A program made the position numbers and the translations under genes. This document shows, one piece after another, positions 58,029-64,000 of a stretch of 64,000 bases of DNA (positions within the stretch are counted from its first letter, which is position 1; every line of letters starts with the position of its first letter). The stretch comes from SAR202 cluster bacterium. GTDB lineage: Bacteria > Chloroflexota > Dehalococcoidia > Lucifugimonadales > VGZR01. The notes beneath the pieces are model-generated. The model worked only from the letters and a program-made list of their open reading frames with translations. It made no database searches and was not told where the DNA came from. The stretch covers positions 22,374-86,373 of the forward strand of contig VGZR01000004.1 of the NCBI GenBank assembly GCA_016872515.1, written 5' to 3'.

Positions 58029-59030
58029 TTACTTCTCCTCTTCCTTCGACGGGACCACCAGCACAGGGTCGCCCGACGACCGCACCAACGCCTCGGTCAC
58101 GCTGCCCAGGATAAGCCGGCTCAGGCCGACCCGCGCGTGCGTCGTGAGCACCACCAAGTCCTGCGGCTCCGTACGCGCCAGGTCTACCAGGCTGAAGCCG
58201 GGGTTCCCGCTCAGCACCTTCCACTGCACCTTCAATCCCTCGGCGGTGAGCTTCTGGGACTGGCCCTTCAGGTACTCCTCGGCCTCTTTCCTGAGCTGTA
58301 TCCCGATCTCGTAGAACCGCGCATCGTCCCAGAACCCAGTGTACAACCCGCCAATGTCCATCACCCGCACCAGCGTGACCCCCATGCCGAGCCGCTTCGC
58401 CAATAGCTTGACGTAGGACAGCGCCGTCTCGGCGAAGGGCGACCCGTCCAGCGGCGCCATGACCCTGGTCATCGGCTGGCCCTTGTCCGCATACTTCGCC
58501 GCGCGCTCGGGCGCGATGGCCAGGACAGGCACCGGCGAGCTACGGATGACCTTGTCGGTCACGCTGCCCAGCATCCCGCGGGCCAGCGCGTTCCGCCCGT
58601 GCGTGGACATCGCGACGAGGTCGCACTTGTGCCTGGCCGTCATGCCCATGATCTGCCCGGCGGCGTTGCCAAGGGTGACGGCCACCTCGGCCGCGACCCC
58701 GTCGGCCTTGAGCTTCGATGCCGCATCGCCCAGGGCGCGCTTCACCTCGAACTCCGCCCGCTCGAAGACCTGGGAGGCGTACGGCCCCTCAACCCCAGTC
58801 CGCGCGGTGACGGTGCCCCCTGTTCTCGACGGCTGCCTGCCGATGCCCGCGAGCGTCTCCGCCATCGGCGCGCGGGCGCCCATCTGCGGCAGCTGCTCCA
58901 GCGTCTCCGGGTTGATGACCGTCAGCAGCACGACGGGCATGTTCAGCCCCTTCGCCAGCCGCGACACGTACGGCAGGATGTTCGCAGACACCTCCGTCCC
59001 ATCCAGCGGGACCAGCACTTTTGTGAACAT
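58029..59030 (-). CDS. Universal stress protein, tandem UspA domains
   Basis: MFTKVLVPLDGTEVS... and a second VMAPLDGSPFAE... unit. Each ends in G..G.....LGSVT..V. Confidence 0.8.
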   Translation of the reverse strand: MFTKVLVPLDGTEVSANILPYVSRLAKGLNMPVVLLTVINPETLEQLPQMGARAPMAETLAGIGRQPSRTGGTVTARTGVEGPYASQVFERAEFEVKRALGDAASKLKADGVAAEVAVTLGNAAGQIMGMTARHKCDLVAMSTHGRNALARGMLGSVTDKVIRSSPVPVLAIAPERAAKYADKGQPMTRVMAPLDGSPFAETALSYVKLLAKRLGMGVTLVRVMDIGGLYTGFWDDARFYEIGIQLRKEAEEYLKGQSQKLTAEGLKVQWKVLSGNPGFSLVDLARTEPQDLVVLTTHARVGLSRLILGSVTEALVRSSGDPVLVVPSKEEEK

Positions 59031-59178
59031 CGCTCTTACCTCCTAGTGCCCTAATGCCTATGCCCGTATCCGGACCAGCCGTCCGTGCCGCAGTCTAGAC
59101 CGCAATGGTGATTACACCCATTTTCAGCTATAAATGTGTGGACGGTGTGAATGCGATACGAGGTGAAATGATAATCCC

Positions 59179-60033
59179 GTGAACAAAACAGGTCACGTCA
59201 AGCAGGCTTCGCCCAACCCTGCCCTCCAAGCGTGGAAGGAGCGAGTGTCCCGTCACCATGCCCAGTCGGAGGCCGCCCAGGCCGATATGCCGCCCCAAGA
59301 CGACTTCTGGAAGCCCTTGGCCCCTGCCTTCCGCGCCGACCCGCGCCGCACCGACGACCCTCTGGTCGAGCGGCTCGCCCGCGAGCTGCAGCCCGGCTCC
59401 ACCCTGCTCGACGTGGGCGGCGGCGCCGGCCGCCTCGCCCTGGCCCTAGCGTTGCGCTGCCGCCGTGTCACCGTCGTGGAGCCGTCCGAGTCCATGATGG
59501 AGGAGCTGCGCATCGGCGCGGGCAAAGAAGGCATCCGCAATGTCACCGTCGTTGCCTCGACGTGGGAGGCGGCCACCGTCAAGCCCGCCGACGCCGTCCT
59601 TTGCTCCCACGTCCTCTACACCGTCGAGGACGTGGACGCCTTCGTCCGCAAGCTGGCGGCCCACGCCAAGAAGCGTGTCCTTCTCCCGATGTTCATGGAA
59701 GGCCCGCAGTCCCACCTCCCGCCCTTCTGGGAGCGCGTCCACCGCGAACAGCGCGCCGTGCTCCCCGCCCTCAAGGAACTGATGGCGGTCCTCTGGGAGA
59801 TGGGCATCTATCCCGACCTGGAGATGCTGGAAAGCGTGCCGCCGCCGCACTACGACGACCGGGACAACGCCCTGCGCGACCTGCGCTTCCGCCTCTACGT
59901 CCAGCCGGGCACCGAGAAGGACCGCCTGCTTCAGCGCGCCATGAAAGAGCTGCTGGTCGAGTCCGAAGACGGCCTTGCCATCATGGGGGCTGGTTCACGC
60001 CGCCTCGGCCTGGCGTCATGGTCAACGGATTGA
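59179..60033 (+). CDS. Class I SAM-dependent methyltransferase
   Basis: Motif I is TLLDVGGGAGRLAL. GTG start. Confidence 0.75.
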   Translation: MNKTGHVKQASPNPALQAWKERVSRHHAQSEAAQADMPPQDDFWKPLAPAFRADPRRTDDPLVERLARELQPGSTLLDVGGGAGRLALALALRCRRVTVVEPSESMMEELRIGAGKEGIRNVTVVASTWEAATVKPADAVLCSHVLYTVEDVDAFVRKLAAHAKKRVLLPMFMEGPQSHLPPFWERVHREQRAVLPALKELMAVLWEMGIYPDLEMLESVPPPHYDDRDNALRDLRFRLYVQPGTEKDRLLQRAMKELLVESEDGLAIMGAGSRRLGLASWSTD

Positions 60034-60096
60034 TTATCTGGAAGTGGATCAAGGTTTGCTGCACAAGACTCAGTAGGATATCTCAAGGAGGAACCC

Positions 60097-60420
60097 ATGC
60101 CGGAGGGTATCTACACGTTAGGCGTGTGGCGGGTCGGGCCAGGCCAGGAGGCCACGTTCGTGCAGGCGTGGAAGGCATTGGGCGATGTATTTGCCCGGTG
60201 GCCTCGTCCACCAGCAGGCCAAGGGACCCTCATCCAGAGCATCGCAGACACGGGCCTCTTCTACTCTTTCGGCCCTTGGCACAGCCTGGAGGACATTAGC
60301 GCGATGCGCGCCAACCTTGACGCTCAAAAAGGTATCGGGAGGCTAAGGGAACTCTGCACCGAAGCTACCCCTGGCGCATTCAAGGTCGTGGCGGAATCAA
60401 CGGCCCCGAGGAGGGGTTGA
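60097..60420 (+). CDS. Small ferredoxin-fold (ABM/Dabb-like) protein
   Basis: 107 aa, W.V.PG.E..F...W......LFYSFGPW.S.E. The family call is tentative. GGAGG lies upstream. Confidence 0.5.
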   Translation: MPEGIYTLGVWRVGPGQEATFVQAWKALGDVFARWPRPPAGQGTLIQSIADTGLFYSFGPWHSLEDISAMRANLDAQKGIGRLRELCTEATPGAFKVVAESTAPRRG

Positions 60421-60471
60421 GGCAAACCTAGCGGGCTGTCTGCAGCGAAGCATCCCACTGCCCGTTCCCCC

Positions 60472-60500
60472 TCAGCCGGTCCAGCAGCCGCTCGCCCTAG
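60472..60500 (-). pseudogene. Displaced copy of the 3'-terminal coding segment of the 60836-61039 gene
   Basis: tcagccggtccagcagccgctcgccctag matches 60871-60899 (tcagccggtccaccagccgctcggcccag) at 26/29 positions. Confidence 0.35.
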
Positions 60501-60570
60501 CCTCGTGGAGCACGCACACGTAAGCAGCACGACTCCGGCAATGCCCTAGAGCCGCTTCTCGCCCCACCGC

Positions 60571-60695
60571 AAAATGCTTTATTGCTCGATTCGCCTAGTC
60601 TTTGATAGACCAACAAAGCATTTCCAATTAGCCCTTGGATGGCTGTACGAAGCCATGACTGTTTTGTTGGCAAGTCTTGGAGGTTTGCCCCTTTG
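60571..60695. repeat. Low-GC structured repeat, unit 1
   Basis: aaatgctttattg...caacaaagcattt forms a hairpin. The central hairpin is atggct-gtacga-agccat (60639-60656). The tail is ...aagtct.g...tttg.cc. It aligns with unit 2. Confidence 0.6.
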
Positions 60696-60729
60696 CTCAT
60701 GGCTATGATTTCTCTTTGTCTGCTTCCAC

Positions 60730-60848
60730 AGAATGCCTTATTGCTTTATTAAGTACACAGCGAATAAGGCAACAAAGCATTCTGCCATCGCTCATGGGCG
60801 GCTGTATGAAGCCGCGCATGCTTGATTGAGGAAGTCTAGCCTTTGGCC
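60730..60848. repeat. Low-GC structured repeat, unit 2
   Basis: gaatgccttattg...caacaaagcattc forms a hairpin. The central hairpin is gcggct-gtatga-agccgc (60798-60815). It differs from unit 1 by two compensatory pair changes. Confidence 0.6.
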
Positions 60849-61039
60849 GGTTGACATCTGCCATCGCCCTTCAGCCGGTCCACCAGCCGCTCGGCCCAGG
60901 CCCGCTGCGCCTCCTCCAGGTCGGCGCCGCAGTGGGAGCAGTCGAAGTCGCCGAAGCGCACGCGCGTCCCACACCGCTCGCAGGCCTGCACCTCGGCCAG
61001 GCTGTTCAGCGCGATCAGGACCTCTTCGTCACTCGCCAT
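60836..61039 (-). CDS. Small zinc-ribbon protein (CxxC...CxxC)
   Basis: MASDEEVLIALNSLAEVQACERCGTRVRFGDFDCSHCGADLEE... The start overlaps the stop of the upstream ORF by 11 nt. Confidence 0.5.
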   Translation of the reverse strand: MASDEEVLIALNSLAEVQACERCGTRVRFGDFDCSHCGADLEEAQRAWAERLVDRLKGDGRCQPAKG

Positions 61040-61466
61040 CGTTCCGCCAGTGCTCGTCCAGCTTCATGTACGGCAGTGGCGCGTCCTTCGCCAGAAGCCC
61101 CAGCGTCGCCTCCAGGATGCGCCGCTGCTGGGCCTCGTCATGCGGCCGCCCCAGCGTCGAGCCGCCCTTCAGCCGCGTGAACGTCGCCCGTGGCGGCGTC
61201 GCGTTCCGCGTGTTCCCAGCGCTCCAACTCGTCAGCGTCGTGGCGATGCCTTTCTACTCCAGCAGCCTTACAACCAGTCCGACAGACTGGCAGTAGATCG
61301 GTCAAGCAGGCACCAGCAGCGCCGCGTGCGCCTTCTCCGCCTTCGCCACCTCCAGGATGGCCGGCGCCACCGTGTCCACCGCCATCCGCGCGTCAGGCAG
61401 GTAGCCACTGAAGCTCACTACTGTCGGCGCCACCTCGCCGATGGGCCCCGTAGTCATGTTGTCCAT
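61029..61466 (-). CDS. Candidate GrdB/UGSC-like small (seleno)protein with in-frame TGA (61304-61302) and an additional in-frame TAG (61256-61254)
   Basis: Hand translation gives MDNMTTGPIGEVAPTVVSFSGYLPDARMAVDTVAPAILEVAKAEKAHAALLVPA[TGA]PIYCQSVGLVVRLLE[TAG]KGIATTL...LKGGSTLGRPHDEAQQRRILEATLGLL...*. It is a single frame of 146 codons. Confidence 0.4.
61274..61290 (-). promoter_or_regulatory. SECIS-like 17-nt stem-loop 11 nt downstream of the in-frame TGA
   Basis: In the sense strand, CCAGUC-UGUCG-GACUGG forms a 6-bp stem with a 5-nt loop containing GUC. Flanking CUAC/GUAAG could extend the helix. Confidence 0.35.
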
Positions 61467-61596
61467 GATGCGAGTCTAGCACACCATCCTTCTGCGACGC
61501 GCATGGCTGACGCGGCTCCCGTACGAGTTTCCTGCCATTCTGATGCTTGTTTCGCGGAAATGGGTGCACGCCCTTGGAACCCCATCGGGCAAGCCG

Positions 61597-61625
61597 TTGA
61601 CACCGGCTGATGCCAGGGATAGCAT
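61597..61625 (+). promoter_or_regulatory. Sigma-70-like promoter upstream of ADH paralogue 1
   Basis: TTGACA (61597-61602), a 17-nt spacer, then TAGCAT (61620-61625). It is followed by the direct repeat ggccatcaca x2 (61631-61650). Confidence 0.4.
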
Positions 61626-61678
61626 CCAGGGCCATCACAGGCCATCACAACGCCCTGCCAGGGCGGGAGGATCTTCTT

Positions 61679-62695
61679 ATGAAGGCTGCCATCTATCAGG
61701 GGAAGCACCGGTTCGAAGTGAAGGACGTCCCCGACCCGCAACCCGGCCCCGGCCAGATACAGGTCCGCATCACCTACGCGGGCGTCTGCGGCACCGACGT
61801 CCACGGCTTCCAGTACGACAACGTCCCGCCCGGCACCATCCTCGGCCACGAGTACGCCGGCGTCGTCTCCGCCGTGGGCAAGGGCGTCACCAGGTGGAGG
61901 ATCGGCGACCGCGTCGTCGGCGGAGGCGGCACGCCACCGCCCGGCGGAGGCCACCCGGCCTACTTCAGTCCCCGCTTCACCTTCAGCAAAGAGGGGTGGA
62001 AGGTCTCCAAGCCCGGCGCCTACGCCGAAAAGCTCCTCATGGAGGAGTGGGAGCCGCTGCCCGTCCCGGCCAACGTCTCCGACCTCGAGGCCGCTCTTTG
62101 CGAGCCGGCCGCCAACGCCGCCCGCGCCGTCCGCAGGTCGGGCCTCCGCACCGGCGACTCGGTCGCCGTCCTCGGCGCGGGGCCCATCGGCCTCTTCACT
62201 CTTCAGGTCCTCAAGGCTTCCGGCGCCGGCAAGGTCATCGTCTCAGAGCCGTCGCCTGCCCGCGCAGCGGCGGCCGCCAAGCTCGGCGCCGACGCCGTCA
62301 TAGACCCCACCAAGGAAGACGCCGTCCAACGCATCGTCGCCCTCACCGACGGCAACGGCCCCCACATCGCCTTCGACTGCGCCGCTGCTCCGCAGAGCCT
62401 CCAGCAGGCCCTCGACTGCGTGCGGCGCAACGGCCGCGTCGTGCTCATCGCCCTCGCTTGGGAGCCAGTCTCCGTCTTCACGGTGGACTGGATCTGCCGC
62501 GAGGTCGAACTGGTCACCACCTTGGGGGCGCAGGACGAGGACTTCAAAGCCACCCTCGGCCTCATCGCCTCCCGCAAAATCACCATGGAGCCGCTGGTCA
62601 CCGACGCCAGCATCCAGCCCCTCGATCGCATCCAGACCACCTTCGAGGAGCTGATGAAGCCCAGGAACCGCGTCCAGGCGGTCTTCAAACTGTAG
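61679..62695 (+). CDS. Zinc-dependent alcohol/threonine dehydrogenase family (MDR) oxidoreductase, paralogue 1
   Basis: MKAAIYQGKHRFEVKDVPDP...CGTDVHGF...GHEYAGVV...LGAGPIGL. GGGAGG lies upstream. Confidence 0.85.
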   Translation: MKAAIYQGKHRFEVKDVPDPQPGPGQIQVRITYAGVCGTDVHGFQYDNVPPGTILGHEYAGVVSAVGKGVTRWRIGDRVVGGGGTPPPGGGHPAYFSPRFTFSKEGWKVSKPGAYAEKLLMEEWEPLPVPANVSDLEAALCEPAANAARAVRRSGLRTGDSVAVLGAGPIGLFTLQVLKASGAGKVIVSEPSPARAAAAAKLGADAVIDPTKEDAVQRIVALTDGNGPHIAFDCAAAPQSLQQALDCVRRNGRVVLIALAWEPVSVFTVDWICREVELVTTLGAQDEDFKATLGLIASRKITMEPLVTDASIQPLDRIQTTFEELMKPRNRVQAVFKL

Positions 62696-62705
62696 CTTCC
62701 CAAGT

Positions 62706-62768
62706 CCTCCTCTCCCCTTGCGGGAGAGGCCTATGGCCCGCCAGGGTGGGTCATAGGGTGAGGGTGAT
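62706..62768. repeat. Composite REP-like intergenic repeat, copy D
   Basis: cctctcccc-ttgc-gggagagg, then cctatggccc-gccagggt-gggtcatagg, then gtgagggtga. It lies between the two ADH paralogues. Confidence 0.7.
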
Positions 62769-62817
62769 AGTATTTCTCGCCCCGTACATAAGAGAATCAG
62801 GTTCACGGAGGCCACAC

Positions 62818-63833
62818 ATGAAAGCAGCCGTCTATCAAGGCAAGCAGCGCTTCCAGGTCAAAGACCTGCCCGACCCCAAGCCAGGGCCGGGCCAGGTCCA
62901 GATAGACATCAAGTACAGCGCGGTCTGCGGCACCGATGTCCACGGTTTCATGTACGACAAGGTGCCGCCCGGCTCGGTCATCGGCCACGAGTTCAGCGGC
63001 GTCGTTGCACAGGTCGGCAAGGGTGTAACCAGGTGGAAGGCCGGCGACCGCGTCGTCGGCTACGGCGGCACGCCGCCCCCGGGCAAGGGGCCGTTCTGGT
63101 CCTCCGACCCCCGCTACGACTTCAGCGCGACCGGCTTCGCCAGGGGACGCACGGGCGCCTATGCTGGGAAGATGGTCATGGAGGAGTGGGAGCCGACGCC
63201 TATCCCGAAGAACGTCCCCGACCTGGCCGCCGCCCTCTGCGAGCCGACCGCCGTCGGCGTCCACGCCGTCGCAAGTCCAAGTTGCGCCTGGGCGACTCCG
63301 TCGCCATCGTCGGCGCAGGCCCTATCGGGCTCCTGTGCATGCAGGCTGCCCGGGTCGCCGGCGCCCGAAAGGTCATCGTCTCCGAGCCGGCGCCGGCCCG
63401 CGCGAAGGCTGCCGCCGCCCTCGGCGCCGACGTGGTCATCAACCCACTCAGGGAAGATGCCGTCGGGCGCATGGTAGCCCTCACCGAGGGCGTCGGCCCC
63501 GATGTCATCTTCGAGTGCGCCGCTGGGCCGAACACATTGGAGCAGTCCCTCACCGCCGTCCGACGCAAGGGCCAAGTCGTCCTCATCGCCCTAGCCTGGG
63601 AGCCCACGCCGGTGAGTCCCGTGGCCTGGGCGGGCCGCGAGGTCGAGTTCCTCGCCTCCTTCGGCGCGGAGCCGATAGACTTCCGCACCACACTCGACCT
63701 CATGTCCACGGGCGAGGTCAACGTTGACCCGCTGGTATCCGAGGCCCACATCCTGGAGCTGGGGGAGATCCAGGGCGCCTTCAAGGAGCTGTTGAAGCCC
63801 CGCAACAAGGTGCAGACCGTCTTCAAACTCTAG
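62818..63833 (+). pseudogene. Zinc-dependent MDR dehydrogenase, paralogue 2, with an apparent 1-nt deletion frameshift near 63270
   Basis: The N-terminal part (MKAAVYQGKQRFQV...LCEPTAVGVHAV) is in frame 1. The remainder (KSKLRLGDSVAIVGAGPIGL...TVFKL*) is in frame 0. Paralogue 1 has ..AVRRSGLRTGDSVAVLGAGPIGL.. across the junction. Confidence 0.75.
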
Positions 63834-63839
63834 ACTGGT

Positions 63840-64000
63840 CTAGTTGATCGCTACGCCGATGAGTCTGCCGACGCCGTAGGTGACGGCGGCGGCGGCGCCG
63901 CCCGCCAGGAGCATGCGCAGCGCGCCCCATGCCACGTTCCGCCCCGAGAACAGGGCCAGCGACCCGCCCACCACCAGCAACGCACCGCCGCTGACGCCGG
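63840..64000 (-). CDS. C-terminal end of a VIT1/CCC1-like (iron/manganese transporter) family membrane protein, truncated by window edge
   Basis: Hand translation gives ...GVSGGALLVVGGSLALFSGRNVAWGALRMLLAGGAAAAVTYGVGRLIGVAIN*. Confidence 0.45.
   Translation of the reverse strand, partial: GVSGGALLVVGGSLALFSGRNVAWGALRMLLAGGAAAAVTYGVGRLIGVAIN

Noticed and set aside
60571-60848. The tandem repeats as a CRISPR array or as a small-protein gene pair (67-aa ORF 60497-60700).
   Set aside because: There are only two units of about 120 nt, with no short repeat/spacer periodicity. A 1-nt indel between the units breaks any shared reading frame, so the ORF is not conserved.

Overview
This is a 64-kb high-GC bacterial chromosomal segment. 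Sampled 60-nt lines in core genes are about 70% G+C, and GGAGG-type Shine-Dalgarno sites are common. It holds about 55 protein genes, one 16S rRNA gene and one tRNA-Ala(UGC). Left third, housekeeping: the 3' part of nrdJ, pdxA, proC, yggT, a DUF167 gene, a GT-C glycosyltransferase, birA, rpoD, a fused histidine kinase/response regulator, and ggt. The 16S gene (19948-21457) is not followed by 23S/5S. It has its own flanking processing helix and a terminator-like hairpin, then tRNA-Ala, then protein genes. Middle: four beta-propeller lipoproteins (Ycf48-like, two NHL, one Kelch), a membrane-anchored cytochrome c, and two tandem 1050-1080-aa paralogues that fuse a polytopic membrane domain to FG-GAP/ASPIC (CRTAC1-like) repeats. 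Right third: genes rich in hydrolases, amidases and LLM oxidoreductases, a corrinoid protein-MetV-MetF-RACo operon, and tandem Zn-ADH paralogues. Accessory or odd material: (1) a low-GC 1.85-kb single-gene island (GHKL ATPase with a nuclease-like C-terminus) bounded by 11-bp direct repeats; (2) a MITE-like element; (3) a family of composite hairpin (REP-like) repeats; (4) two cases where a gene 3' end is duplicated across a small insertion; (5) an orphan RusA-like gene; (6) an integrase N-terminal remnant; (7) a tandem pair of low-GC structured repeats; (8) a small GrdB/UGSC-like ORF with an in-frame TGA followed by a SECIS-like hairpin; (9) several otherwise intact-looking genes interrupted by single in-frame stops or a 1-nt frameshift. 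I found no CRISPR array, complete transposase or prophage. My taxon guess is Chloroflexota-like, based only on the look of the 16S, the unlinked rrs and the gene content; it is unverified. All homology calls come from reading the translations and recalling family motifs. No database search was run.
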